From assembly GCA_964562615.1 (NCBI GenBank), contig CAZLUD010000002.1:17907-81906 (forward strand): a DNA stretch of 64,000 nt, written 5' to 3'. Each line of letters opens with the position of its first letter. Within the stretch, counting starts at the first letter, position 1. This stretch comes from an uncultured Candidatus Saccharibacteria bacterium. GTDB lineage: Bacteria; Patescibacteriota; Minisyncoccia; Phycocordibacterales; UBA12088. Below the pieces are notes generated by a model. It worked only from the letters and a program-made list of their open reading frames with translations. It ran no database searches and had not been told where the DNA came from. Below, piece by piece: positions 17,843-28,140 of the stretch. Both the position numbers and the translations under genes were made by a program.

Positions 17843-18271
17843 ATGGAAATAAAAAATAATATGTATGTGGTGGGTGGGGGAATGTTGGTGGTAGGGCTAG
17901 TGCTTGGCGGGTTACTATCTTCTTGCATGGCAAAAAATAAGTGGCACATGATGGATAAAAATCCTGGGATGTACCATGAAGGCTCTATGCATGGTGATAT
18001 GCGAAAGAATGATTCTATGAAAGGTGCAATGGAGGGTATGATGCATACCATGGATGGAAAGACCGGTGCCGAGCTAGAAAAAGCATTTTTAGAAGAAATG
18101 ATTGTGCACCATGAAGGCGCCGTGAGTATGGCAGAGGCGCTTATTGCCGGCACTACGCGTCCAGAGCTACTTACCCTAGGAAGAGAAATCATCACCGCGC
18201 AAATGAAAGAAATAGAGCAGATGAAGGGATGGCTTAATGAGTGGTTTCTTGCTGCGCCTACTACCGAGTAA
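17843..18271 (+). CDS. DUF305 family protein with a Met/His-rich N-terminal region (candidate Cu/metal binding)
   Basis: DUF305 core ELEKAFLEEMIVHHEGAVSMAE. N-terminal MxxM/H-rich stretch MYHEGSMHGDM...MEGMMHTM. Confidence 0.65.
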   Translation: MEIKNNMYVVGGGMLVVGLVLGGLLSSCMAKNKWHMMDKNPGMYHEGSMHGDMRKNDSMKGAMEGMMHTMDGKTGAELEKAFLEEMIVHHEGAVSMAEALIAGTTRPELLTLGREIITAQMKEIEQMKGWLNEWFLAAPTTE

Positions 18272-18297
18272 TCCTATCTTGCCATAGGCTATAGAGG

Positions 18298-19461
18298 ATG
18301 TATGGTAATGGTATGAATCGATATGTGCTCTTAGTGGTATCTATTATATGTGGCGCAAGCGCTATGGCGCTTGCGCCTACTAGTGCTGTATCTGCGCAAA
18401 TTCTTGATAACACCTATCAAGGGGTGTGGCGTGCAAAGGTAACTGATATCATCGACTCGCAAGTGCGGACAATACCTGGCACAGACACCACACAGCTCTA
18501 TCAGACCATTGAAGCCAAGGTGCTAGAGGGACCCAAAGAAGGTGAGGTGATACGGATAGAAAATGATTACCTCGAGCTTGATACTGGTGATGCCTTTTAC
18601 TTTAATTACTCACAGTATCCAGATGGCACTGAGGGGTATGGCGTGATTAGTATCGACAGAAGACTCTCGCTGTTTGTCTTAGGGATGGTATTTGTGGTTG
18701 CGATAATACTCTTTGGCGGGTGGCAAGGGGTGCGATCGCTTGTTGCGCTTGGGGGGAGTTTCTTGGCTATTTTTTACATCCTTATGCCTGGCATACTTAA
18801 AGGATGGGATCCCGTAGTTGCAAGTGTGCTGGTGGCATCGGGTATACTCTTTGCGGCGATATTCTTTACACATGGCTTTAATAGAGAATCGTTGGTGGCA
18901 TATGGCGGTACCATGCTTGCCGTCCTGCTTACAGGATTGTTTGCGCTTGTATCAGTTTCTGGTACTGATCTTTCAGGATTTGCCTCTGAAGCGGCAACCT
19001 ATCTTAATTTTAATACACGAGGGTCAATAGATTTTGCCTCATTATTGCTTGGTGCCATTATTTTGGGAGTATTGGGAGTGCTTGATGATATAGCTGTTAC
19101 CCAGGCTGCGGTAGTTACCGAGCTGTTTAGGAGTAATCCATCCCTTACCCGAAAGGAGGTGTATATGCGTGCAATGAGGGTGGGTCGTGGGCACGTGGCG
19201 GCGCTTGTTAATACGCTCGTGCTTGCATACGCTGGCGCGTCGCTACCACTACTCCTTCATACGTACATGGCATCATCAAGTGTTGCGATGGCAATAAATA
19301 GTGAAATATTTGCGACAGAGATTGTTCGCGCGGTAGTAGGGAGTATGGGGCTATTGTTTGCTGTTCCTATTGTTACCTTTTTTGGGGTGTTGTATTTGCG
19401 CAATTATGTACCGAAAGGAGACCATGCGCATGCAGGGCATTCACACGGTCATCATCATTAA
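18298..19461 (+). CDS. YibE/F-family membrane protein with a C-terminal His-rich tail
   Basis: Multi-TM YibE/F-like core. The C-terminus is HAHAGHSHGHHH. Confidence 0.65.
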   Translation: MYGNGMNRYVLLVVSIICGASAMALAPTSAVSAQILDNTYQGVWRAKVTDIIDSQVRTIPGTDTTQLYQTIEAKVLEGPKEGEVIRIENDYLELDTGDAFYFNYSQYPDGTEGYGVISIDRRLSLFVLGMVFVVAIILFGGWQGVRSLVALGGSFLAIFYILMPGILKGWDPVVASVLVASGILFAAIFFTHGFNRESLVAYGGTMLAVLLTGLFALVSVSGTDLSGFASEAATYLNFNTRGSIDFASLLLGAIILGVLGVLDDIAVTQAAVVTELFRSNPSLTRKEVYMRAMRVGRGHVAALVNTLVLAYAGASLPLLLHTYMASSSVAMAINSEIFATEIVRAVVGSMGLLFAVPIVTFFGVLYLRNYVPKGDHAHAGHSHGHHH

Positions 19462-19478
19462 TATGTTTGATATAAGGA

Positions 19479-19503
19479 GAGGCCGGCGCGTAGCGCCGGC
19501 CTC
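19479..19503. terminator. GC-rich hairpin between convergent genes (probable bidirectional terminator)
   Basis: GAGGCCGGCGC-GTA-GCGCCGGCCTC. The flanking U-tracts are weak. Confidence 0.5.
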
Positions 19504-19506
19504 AAC

Positions 19507-19722
19507 TCATTCATGACCGCAATCTTTCCTTCCTTGCCAGCAATTTTGGTCGTTTACTCGTGGTTTCGTTTCTGCTTCTGCCAACATCTTTTTCTTTTTT
19601 CTTTGCGCGGCAAGATAGTTTAAAGCACTTCTCCCATGTGGGGTGGCAAGTGCTTCGGTTGGTCTGACAATCTTATTTTCTATTTCTTGGATTGTCAGAA
19701 AAACACGACCCATCTGTGACAT
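19507..19722 (-). CDS. Hypothetical small basic protein
   Basis: 71 aa, downstream of the yqeY-like gene, with an RKKKK stretch. Confidence 0.35.
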   Translation of the reverse strand: MSQMGRVFLTIQEIENKIVRPTEALATPHGRSALNYLAAQRKKKKMLAEAETKPRVNDQNCWQGRKDCGHE

Positions 19723-19783
19723 GTGACAGCTCCAAAAGTTACGCTAACTTTTTATACAACAAAATGACGCCTTTAGTCAAGCG

Positions 19784-20232
19784 CTAGAGAAATAGCTCGG
19801 TGACTACATCACGGACATCAGCACCATCTGCTTTGCCTTGAAGCTCTTTCATAATAGCGCCCATAAGCATGCCCATTTGTGCTTTGTCGGTTACTCCCAT
19901 CTCGTCACGTTTTTGTATCGCTACTTTAAGTATGTCTGCTTTGCTCATTGATTCAGGCAGATACGCCTCAAGGACATGAAGTTCGCCACGCTCTCCATCA
20001 GCAAGGTCGGGTCTGTTGGCTTTGGTGTATTGCTCAATCGAATCTTTTCGTTGTTTTACCAATCGCTTGATTACCACCATGGTGTCTTCGTCTGATAGTA
20101 CATCGCGTGGTGTTTTGCCTTTTGCTACCAGTTCATTGGTGCAGGCGGTAATAAGTCCACGCAATACCGTAAGGCGTGGTTCCTCTTTTGCTTTCATTGC
20201 CTCTTTTAGGTCGCTTCGTAGTTGTTCTTGCA
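19784..20232 (-). CDS. GatB/YqeY domain protein
   Basis: MQEQLRSDLKEAMKAKE...LQGKADG. Start placed at the internal ATG. Confidence 0.8.
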
Positions 20233-20253
20233 TAGTATGAGCATACACCGTGG

Positions 20254-22965
20254 ATGATTGCTTTTCAATATAACGGTATACTTTATGCAATGATGAATCC
20301 ACAAAAAAAATACTGTAGTGAATCCATAGACTCACTATTACTTACCTTTGGTACTGATCCAAAAAATGGACTTAACGCAAGAGACATTCCACACAAAAGA
20401 GCAGCGGCAGGGTTTAATGAGCTAAAAAAGGACCAAGAAGAGTATCTTGGCGATAAAGTATTACGACAAGCAAAGAATCCACTCATTATTATTCTTATCC
20501 TTGCTGGTATCGCCACACTTTTGCTTGATGAGGTGGTAGACGCGATGGTTATTTTTGCTGCGTTTATCATCAACATCACCATTGGCGTCTTTCAAGAAGA
20601 ACGCGCATCACGAGCATTTGAAAAACTAAATGACTCGCAAGAAAAGTTTGCCACTGTTATCCGTTCAGGAGTTAAAGTAAAAGTCCCATCTCGAGAATTG
20701 GTACCTGGTGATGTGGTGGTGATAGAGGCGGGGGCATATGTGCCAGCAGACATACGCCTCATTGAGGCAAAAAACTTGAATTTGAATGAAGCCGCGCTTA
20801 CCGGTGAGTGGGTAGAGGTGCAAAAAAGAATTGCGCAGGTGCACGAAGATGCTCCCCTTACCGAGCAAATTAATATGGCGTGGATGGGTACGCTCGTTAC
20901 CTCTGGATATGGACACGGCATAGTGGTCGCGACCGGCAACACCACGCAAGTGGGGCATATAGCAAGTAACTTAGGTAGGGAAGCGTCACGACAAACACCG
21001 CTTCAGGCAAGTATCGCGCGCGTGGCAAAGTTTCTTATTATGGTGATTTGTGTAGGTATCACTATCATCTTTTTCCTTGGACTTTTGCGAGGTGAATCAA
21101 TGAGCGCCATGCTCCTTATTGCCATTGCCATTGCCGTTTCTGCGATGCCACAAGGTTTGCCTGCGGCGGTAACGGTGGTACTTGCTCTTGGTATGGAGGG
21201 GCTACTTAAGCAAGGGGGGTTGGTGCGAAGTCTTCTTGCAGCAGAAACACTTGGCGCGACCACTATTGTACTTACCGACAAAACAGGCACGCTCACCGAA
21301 GCAAAGATGGAGCTTTCAGAAAAGGTAGTCGCACTTAGTAGACGCAAATCTGACAAGCAGGCAATAGATATGGATGCGCGTGAGTTGCTGCGGTCGGCGG
21401 TGATGGCGTCTGATGCGTTTGTCGTAAAGAAGAATGACACCGACATTGTCGTAGAAGGTAGACCCATTGAAAAGGCAATCATACTCTCTGGGCTAACTGA
21501 TGGACTTTCACAAGAAAATCTTTTTGCAAAAGAAAGATTACTTGACCTGCTTAAGTTTGAGTCTTCACGGCGATACACCGTATCGCTGTATCAGACACTT
21601 GGTGACGAGCGACATGGAAAAATGTATGTAAGTGGAGCACCAGAAGTGTTGCTTGAGTCTGCACATCGAGTCCATGAAAATGGTAAGGGAAGGGAGATGC
21701 GCGATGAAGACCGTCTGTTTTTTACCCACGAGCTAGAAGTTCGTAGTAGTAAAGGAATGCGCGTTATTGCGGTTGGGTATGTAGAAACCGCAAGAAAAGA
21801 AATACCTGAAGCATTTACCATTCCACAGAATGATTTTGTCTTTTTAGGCTTGTTGGTATTTGTTGATCCAATCAGAGAAGATGCAAAAGCATCTATGATA
21901 GAGGTGCAAGAGGCAGGGGTGCGTGTGCTTATGGTGACTGGTGATAACGCGGGCACTGCGGGGCATATTGCTGAGGAGGTGGGTATTCGTGGCGCAGCGG
22001 CAGGGGCAATAACCGGCGCCCAGATTGATGCCATGAATGATGCTGAGCTGTATGCCACATTAAAAAAGTACTCGGTTATCGCGCGGGTAGTGCCTGAGCA
22101 AAAGCTTCGTATTGCACGAGTGTTTAAAAACAACGGTGAAGTGGTAGCCATGACGGGAGACGGTATCAATGACGCACCCGCGCTACGCACTGCTGATATT
22201 GGTATCGCAATTGGAAGTGGTACCGAGGTAGCAAAAGAAGCGTCTGATATTGTGCTCCTTAATAACAGCTTTGCCATTATTGTTGCTGCAATCCGCACCG
22301 GAAGAAAGATAGTGGATAATATAAAAAAGATTGTTGCGTACCTTCTTTCGACCAGCTTTAGCTCACTTACTATTGTTTCTGCGGCGGTTATTGTCGGCAC
22401 ACCACTTCCGATTTTGCCGTCTCAAATTCTGTGGGCAAATATTGTTGAAGAGGGACTTATGAGTTTTGCCTTTGCCTTTGAACCAGAAGAAAAAGGTATT
22501 ATGCGCAGATCACCACGTGATTCTTCTGCAAAACAAATTCTTACCAGAGAGCTCGCAAGTCTTATTGTTATTGTGGCAGTCATCACGGGGGCGCTCCTTA
22601 TCGTGCTTTATTTTTGGCTTCTCAAGTCTGGGCTACCTATAGAAGAAATTCGCACCATTATGTTTGTCTCGCTTACTCTTGATTCTATTTTCTTCTCATT
22701 TTCACTTAAGAATCTTAACGTGCCACTATGGCGTATCAGCTTCTTTGATAACCGCTTTCTTATTGGCGCGCTTAGTATCAGTGTCCTTACCTTGGTGGCA
22801 GCGCTTACGTTTAAGCCACTGCAGACACTTCTTTCGCTTACCCCACTTACAATGGGCGAGCTAGGACTACTTGCAATTGTGGGGGTTGTTAACTTGGTTG
22901 CTATTGAGGTGGTAAAGTACGCATTCTTTAGCAAAAATCGCGCTTCCGCGCTACTTCCTTTATAA
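20254..22965 (+). CDS. P-type cation-transporting ATPase (type IIA, Ca2+/Mg2+-like)
   Basis: DKTGTLT, TGDN and GDGINDAPAL motifs, with 10 TM helices. Confidence 0.88.
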   Translation: MIAFQYNGILYAMMNPQKKYCSESIDSLLLTFGTDPKNGLNARDIPHKRAAAGFNELKKDQEEYLGDKVLRQAKNPLIIILILAGIATLLLDEVVDAMVIFAAFIINITIGVFQEERASRAFEKLNDSQEKFATVIRSGVKVKVPSRELVPGDVVVIEAGAYVPADIRLIEAKNLNLNEAALTGEWVEVQKRIAQVHEDAPLTEQINMAWMGTLVTSGYGHGIVVATGNTTQVGHIASNLGREASRQTPLQASIARVAKFLIMVICVGITIIFFLGLLRGESMSAMLLIAIAIAVSAMPQGLPAAVTVVLALGMEGLLKQGGLVRSLLAAETLGATTIVLTDKTGTLTEAKMELSEKVVALSRRKSDKQAIDMDARELLRSAVMASDAFVVKKNDTDIVVEGRPIEKAIILSGLTDGLSQENLFAKERLLDLLKFESSRRYTVSLYQTLGDERHGKMYVSGAPEVLLESAHRVHENGKGREMRDEDRLFFTHELEVRSSKGMRVIAVGYVETARKEIPEAFTIPQNDFVFLGLLVFVDPIREDAKASMIEVQEAGVRVLMVTGDNAGTAGHIAEEVGIRGAAAGAITGAQIDAMNDAELYATLKKYSVIARVVPEQKLRIARVFKNNGEVVAMTGDGINDAPALRTADIGIAIGSGTEVAKEASDIVLLNNSFAIIVAAIRTGRKIVDNIKKIVAYLLSTSFSSLTIVSAAVIVGTPLPILPSQILWANIVEEGLMSFAFAFEPEEKGIMRRSPRDSSAKQILTRELASLIVIVAVITGALLIVLYFWLLKSGLPIEEIRTIMFVSLTLDSIFFSFSLKNLNVPLWRISFFDNRFLIGALSISVLTLVAALTFKPLQTLLSLTPLTMGELGLLAIVGVVNLVAIEVVKYAFFSKNRASALLPL

Positions 22966-22972
22966 TGAAGGT

Positions 22973-24025
22973 ATGGAATACTCCACTATCATTCTGGTGC
23001 TTCTTGCCCTCATAAACATTGCCGCGCTAGTAGTAGTGGTTATTATGGTGCGCTCACGACCTAAAGACACTCCTGATGGAAGCTTTGTCATGCTTCAAAA
23101 TCAACTACACGACCTTGCACGCTCTATCAATGATAGACTCGGCTCTTCATCTAAAGAGCTCCACGAGTCACTCAAAACACAACTAGGCGAGAGTAATCGC
23201 ATTGTGCGTGAGGTAACCGAGGGGTTAACTAAATTAGACGAAACCAATAAGCAGGTGGTTGGATTTGCTGATCAATTGCAACATCTCCAAGACATACTCA
23301 AAAACCCTAAGCAGCGCGGAGTGCTTGGTGAGTATTATCTCGAGTCGGTACTTCAAAATGTGCTTCCACCAAAGTCATTTGTGATGCAGTACGCATTTAC
23401 TAATGGAGAAATTGTTGATGCGATTGTTTTTGTGAAGGACAAAATAATCCCAATCGATTCAAAATTCTCGCTTGAAAATTATAATCGCATTCTAGAATCA
23501 CGAGGCGACGAAGAACGTGAACGGTACGAAAAACTATTTAAACAAGACCTAAAAAATCGAATTGATGAGACATCAAAGTACATACGTCCAGAGGAAGATA
23601 CGATGGATTTTGCATTTATGTTTATACCGTCAGAGGGAGTGTATTATGATTTGCTCATCAACCAAGTTGGCGCAGTGAAGACCAATACCCGAGACCTCAT
23701 TGAATATGCCTTTGATAAAAAGGTGATTATTGTTTCGCCTACGTCATTTCTTGCGTACCTACAGACGGTGCTCCAGGGTCTACGATCGCTTCATATAGAA
23801 GAACAGGCAAAGGATATCCAAAAGCGGGTAGGAGAGTTAGGGAAGCATCTAAAGGCGTATGAGGACTTTTATCAAAAATTAGGAAATGCGTTGTCTACCA
23901 CGGTTAATCACTACAATGCTGGTGCAAAAGAGCTAGGAAAGATAGATAAAGATATATACCGCATAGATGGCGAGCGCCCCGGCCTTGACGCACCCCTCCT
24001 TGAGAGGCCAAAAGAGGCTGAATAG
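22973..24025 (+). CDS. rmuC: DNA recombination protein RmuC
   Basis: N-terminal TM helix, a coiled coil, and a conserved C-terminal region FMFIPSEGVYYD. Confidence 0.8.
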   Translation: MEYSTIILVLLALINIAALVVVVIMVRSRPKDTPDGSFVMLQNQLHDLARSINDRLGSSSKELHESLKTQLGESNRIVREVTEGLTKLDETNKQVVGFADQLQHLQDILKNPKQRGVLGEYYLESVLQNVLPPKSFVMQYAFTNGEIVDAIVFVKDKIIPIDSKFSLENYNRILESRGDEERERYEKLFKQDLKNRIDETSKYIRPEEDTMDFAFMFIPSEGVYYDLLINQVGAVKTNTRDLIEYAFDKKVIIVSPTSFLAYLQTVLQGLRSLHIEEQAKDIQKRVGELGKHLKAYEDFYQKLGNALSTTVNHYNAGAKELGKIDKDIYRIDGERPGLDAPLLERPKEAE

Positions 24026-24084
24026 CTTGATATATCAGCAACCACTTGCCTTTTTTTGTGCTTTTAGGTATAGTATCTCCACTA

Positions 24085-24401
24085 TGCATTTCGCAGTAAT
24101 AGAAACAGGCGGAAAGCAATATAAAGTCGCTGAAGGCGATGTTGTAGCTATTGAGAAAGTAAATGAGCTTAAAGAGGGTGAGACGAAGCTTATTTTCGAC
24201 AAGGTGCTACTACGAGACGATGGCGCGTCAACCACTGTTGGCAGCCCGTATATTGAAGGTGCCCTTGTAGAGGGAGTACTAGAAGAAGAGGGGCTTGGTA
24301 AAAAGATTGCCGTGATGAAGTTTAAGTCAAAGTCTAACTACTTCAAAAACCGCGGGCACAGACAGCCCTACATGAAGGTAAAGATTACCGCAATAAAGTA
24401 A
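24085..24401 (+). CDS. rplU: 50S ribosomal protein L21
   Basis: MHFAVIETGGKQYKV. Confidence 0.9.
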
Positions 24402-24402
24402 A

Positions 24403-24429
24403 AACTCAGCATCACGTGCTGAGTTTTTA
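24403..24429 (+). terminator. Rho-independent terminator
   Basis: AACTCAGCA-TCACG-TGCTGAGTT hairpin followed by TTTT. Confidence 0.75.
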
Positions 24430-25047
24430 CTTTCTATTAGTGAGGGCGTTTTTAATGGTGATGGGGTCTGCGTATTCTATCTCGGCTCCTGTCGAGAGGC
24501 CACGCCCTAGTCTCGTAACCAGAAGTGATTTCTTTTCAATTAATTCCTTTGCTTGTTCTTCAATATATAGGGCTGTCTCTTCACCATCGGTGGTAGTTGA
24601 AAGCGCAAGAATAATTTCTGCACCATCGGGCAATTCGTCAATGGTGCGTATAAGTTTCTTTACTTGTATTTTTTCTGCAGGATTTTTTTCGGTGAGGGTA
24701 ATGAGTGCGCCTACCACAAAGTATGTACCTTGATAGATGCCGTTTTTCTCAATGGTTTCAAGATCAACGTCCTTTTCTACTACCATGAGGGTACGCTCTC
24801 GTGTCGTGTCGCTACATATCGCGCAGCGGGTTTGTCCTCCCGTGCTTGTAAAGAGTCTTCTGCAATCATCACACTCGTGCATGGCGCTTTTTATCTCAGA
24901 GAGTAGTCGAGAAAGACGCGAAAGTGAGCCCCCATCTTTACGGATGAGATGCTCAACAATGCGCCGTGCCTGACGCGTGCCAATACCGGGGAGGCGGGCA
25001 AATTCTGATATAAGGTCATTAAAGTGTCCACTCATACAAATACTCAC
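24427..25047 (-). CDS. recR: Recombination protein RecR
   Basis: HhH motif LPGIGTRQARR, a C4 zinc finger CxxC...CxxC, and a Toprim domain. Confidence 0.9.
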   Translation of the reverse strand: MSICMSGHFNDLISEFARLPGIGTRQARRIVEHLIRKDGGSLSRLSRLLSEIKSAMHECDDCRRLFTSTGGQTRCAICSDTTRERTLMVVEKDVDLETIEKNGIYQGTYFVVGALITLTEKNPAEKIQVKKLIRTIDELPDGAEIILALSTTTDGEETALYIEEQAKELIEKKSLLVTRLGRGLSTGAEIEYADPITIKNALTNRK

Positions 25048-26465
25048 TAAAACTCTTCTACCGATGATCCTTGGTAGGCGCCAAAGCTACTCTTTTCGAT
25101 AGATTGGAAGGTGACTCGTCCTTCATCAAAGTAGAGGTCAACCTTTCCAGTTGGTCCATTGCGGTGCTTTTCGATTAGTATTTCGGCAATGTTATTTTTC
25201 TCCATGCCATCTTGCATCTTGTCTTCGCGATGAATAAACATCACCACATCGGCATCCTGCTCGATAGATCCAGAGTCACGAAGGTCGGAGAGTCGTGGTC
25301 TGCCTCTGCGTTGCTCTACGGCTCTTGAGAGCTGTGAGAGAGCAAGTACGGGTACTTCAAGCTCGCGAGCAAGTCCTTTGAGTGATCGAGAAATTTCTGT
25401 GACCTGCTGTACCAAAGAGTCGCTTGCTCGTGTAGAGGTAGGCGCCATAAGCTGGAGGTAATCAACCACAATGAGCCCAAGCCCCTTTTCACGCTTTAAG
25501 CGACGAGCAACCGAGCGCATGGTGATGATATTTGCCATCGGTTGATCATCAATAAAAATGGGAGCATTTGAAAGCCTATCAAGACCAGCGTGAATTTGTT
25601 CAAATTCTTCATCGGTTGATAGTTTGCCGGTTCTTAGTTTCCACGCGTCAACCTTTGCTTCAGCACCAAGCATACGATCAACCAATTGTTGTGCGCTCAT
25701 TTCAAGAGAAAAGATTCCTACAGGAATATTGTGCTGTACTGCCGCTTGCCGTGCGATATCAAGGGCGAATGCTGTTTTACCCATAGAAGGTCGGGCAGCA
25801 AGGATAATGAGGTCGGATTTTTGAAGTCCGGAGAGTTTGTTATCAAGCTCGGTAAATCCGGTGCGTACTCCTCTAAATTCGTTATCAGATTTATGCAGTC
25901 TATCTATGCGCTCTATGGTATCAAAGGTAAGTGATCGTATATCTTGAAATTTGCGTGAGCCAGATATGTTGGTTACGTCATAGATACGCTTCTCAGCTTT
26001 GTCGAGTGTCTCATCAAGTTCACCAGAGGCATCAAAGCCTAGTTCAGAAATATGTTCGCCAGCAAATATGAGTCTGCGTAGTACTGCAGATTTTCTTACG
26101 AGATTTGCATAGTACATTACGTTAGACGCGGCAGGGGTTTCAGAAACAAGCTCAGTAAGCTCGCTTGCGCCACCGACTGATTGTAGTTTTTTCTCTTCTT
26201 TGAGACGAGAGGTGAGTGAGAGAATATCGATGGGTTCGCCCTTATGAAAAAGTGAAAGAATCGCTTCAAATATGGTGCGATGCTTCGCAACATAAAAATC
26301 ATCACTTGAGACGAGGTCTATAACGTCATGAATTGCGTCAGGTTTAAGCATCAAGGCACCGAGGAGTGCTCGCTCTGATTCTATGTTTTGTGGAGGGACG
26401 CGGCCACCCGTAGCCCTCTCAACCGCCTCCTTTCTTTGAAATCGTTCATTAGCCATTGTGTGCAT
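25047..26465 (-). CDS. dnaB: Replicative DNA helicase DnaB
   Basis: Walker A ARPSMGKTAF and RecA-like helicase motifs. Confidence 0.92.
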   Translation of the reverse strand: MHTMANERFQRKEAVERATGGRVPPQNIESERALLGALMLKPDAIHDVIDLVSSDDFYVAKHRTIFEAILSLFHKGEPIDILSLTSRLKEEKKLQSVGGASELTELVSETPAASNVMYYANLVRKSAVLRRLIFAGEHISELGFDASGELDETLDKAEKRIYDVTNISGSRKFQDIRSLTFDTIERIDRLHKSDNEFRGVRTGFTELDNKLSGLQKSDLIILAARPSMGKTAFALDIARQAAVQHNIPVGIFSLEMSAQQLVDRMLGAEAKVDAWKLRTGKLSTDEEFEQIHAGLDRLSNAPIFIDDQPMANIITMRSVARRLKREKGLGLIVVDYLQLMAPTSTRASDSLVQQVTEISRSLKGLARELEVPVLALSQLSRAVEQRRGRPRLSDLRDSGSIEQDADVVMFIHREDKMQDGMEKNNIAEILIEKHRNGPTGKVDLYFDEGRVTFQSIEKSSFGAYQGSSVEEF

Positions 26466-26643
26466 TGTAGCACATCAGCGGGAGGGGTATTTCTATAAAA
26501 AGTTGTATTGCGTGTGTACGAAATGTTGATAAAAAAATGTCGCCGCGTGGTTAACGCAGCGACGAGTGAAGCCTTGAACCTACAAGTTGGAGGTAGGTGT
26601 TATGGTCTGGAACCCCACCTACAAGCAATTTATAGCACTATAT

Positions 26644-28131
26644 TTACGACAAGTCAACTGTTCGTTTAGTGATCTCAAATCCTTTAGGGGTGTCTACCAC
26701 CTCGTAGCCCATATCGTGTATTTGCTTCCTTAGGGTATCAGCTTCTTCCCAGTTTTTATTTTCTCGGGCAAGCACACGTTTTTCTGCGAGCTCTTTAACC
26801 TCAGGATTCATGTCAGCTAGTGGCACTACATTGATAGAGAGCATTTCTTTAATCTTCTTTTTGCTTTGATTGAGTCCAAGGCATAGCACTTTGTCCATCT
26901 CAAGTAGTGTTGCTCGTTTATCCTTTTTCTCAAGAGAGGTGTCCTTTACCATATCCCACATAATGGCGATTGCCTTAGGGGTATCAAGGTCATCATTGAT
27001 AGCCGTAAGAAATGTATCCCAATAGGAAGGAATCGGTTGTCCCGTGCGTTCAGGAAGTTCTTCTACAAAATGACGTTGTAGTTTGAAAAGCGCTTTTTGT
27101 GACGCCTCGAGCGCCTCCCAGGTAAAGTTTACTTGAGTGCGGTAGTGACTGGTGAGGAGGAGATATCGGTACGCAAGTGGTGAAAACTGCTTTGCGATAA
27201 TTTGATCGAGACGAATACTGTTGCCAAGCGATTTTGATATCTTTTTTCCTTCAATCTTCATAAAGTCATTGTGCATCCAATACCGTACATACTTTTTGCC
27301 TGAGACGCCTTCTGCCTGCGCTATTTCGTTATTGTGATGTACAGCAATGTGGTCTATACCGCCGGTATGTATATCAATCTGCTTTCCGAGAGTGGCAAAA
27401 ATCATAGCGGTGCACTCTACATGCCATCCAGGAAAGCCCTTTCCCCAGGGAGATTCCCATCCCATGGTTGGGTTCTTTTTCCACAATGCAAAATCAGCAG
27501 GGTTGTGCTTTTCGGTGTTTACCTCAAGACGAGTACCTTCTTTTTGTTCTTCAATTTTTATATTGCCAAGTCGTCCATAGGTAGGGAAGCGAGCGGTATC
27601 AAAATAGAGTCCATCAGAGGTTTCGTAAGCGTACCCCTTTTCTTCTAGGGTTTTGTTTATGGCTACCATACCATCGACATGTTCGCTTGCGCGAGGAAAG
27701 CGGATGCCTTTAGTGTTGATATGAATCGCCTCGAGGTCTTTGAAAAACGCATGCATAAAATCAGTTGCAAGCGTGAGCATGTTTTCTACCGACACTTCTT
27801 TATTAGCATGCTTGAGCGCTTGCATCATTTTATCTTCGCCGCTATCAGCATCAGAGGTGAGGTGTCCAAAGTCAGTAATGTTGATGACATGATCAACCGA
27901 GTAGCCGTTAGCAGTTAGTACACGCCTCAAGGTGTCTGAAAATACATATGAGCGAATATTGCCAATGTGTACATAGTCGTACACGGTCGGGCCACATGAG
28001 TATAAAGAAACTTTGTTGGGAATTCTTGGCTCAAATATGTCCTTTTTTCCAGTTTCGGTGTTATAGAGAAATACGGGAGGTTTTGGTACCTCCTCCACGA
28101 CTTCTTTCTTCTTGAAAAATGTTCCTAGCAT
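26644..28131 (-). CDS. cysS: Cysteinyl-tRNA synthetase
   Basis: HIGN and KISKS class I motifs with a CysRS-type zinc site. Confidence 0.9.
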   Translation of the reverse strand: MLGTFFKKKEVVEEVPKPPVFLYNTETGKKDIFEPRIPNKVSLYSCGPTVYDYVHIGNIRSYVFSDTLRRVLTANGYSVDHVINITDFGHLTSDADSGEDKMMQALKHANKEVSVENMLTLATDFMHAFFKDLEAIHINTKGIRFPRASEHVDGMVAINKTLEEKGYAYETSDGLYFDTARFPTYGRLGNIKIEEQKEGTRLEVNTEKHNPADFALWKKNPTMGWESPWGKGFPGWHVECTAMIFATLGKQIDIHTGGIDHIAVHHNNEIAQAEGVSGKKYVRYWMHNDFMKIEGKKISKSLGNSIRLDQIIAKQFSPLAYRYLLLTSHYRTQVNFTWEALEASQKALFKLQRHFVEELPERTGQPIPSYWDTFLTAINDDLDTPKAIAIMWDMVKDTSLEKKDKRATLLEMDKVLCLGLNQSKKKIKEMLSINVVPLADMNPEVKELAEKRVLARENKNWEEADTLRKQIHDMGYEVVDTPKGFEITKRTVDLS

Positions 28132-28140
28132 ATTCTGATG

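Noticed and set aside
19507-19722. Possibility that the 71-aa ORF is ribosomal protein S21 (by the yqeY neighbourhood)
   Set aside because: The sequence does not match S21 conserved positions (no RRFKR-like core). Kept as hypothetical.
21003-22400. Long antisense ORFs (191 aa and 269 aa) inside the P-type ATPase gene, and similar antisense ORFs within dnaK, dnaB, the histidine kinase, ftsI and others
   Set aside because: They lie opposite confidently identified, motif-rich genes, with Ala/Ser/Thr/Pro-biased composition typical of shadow ORFs.
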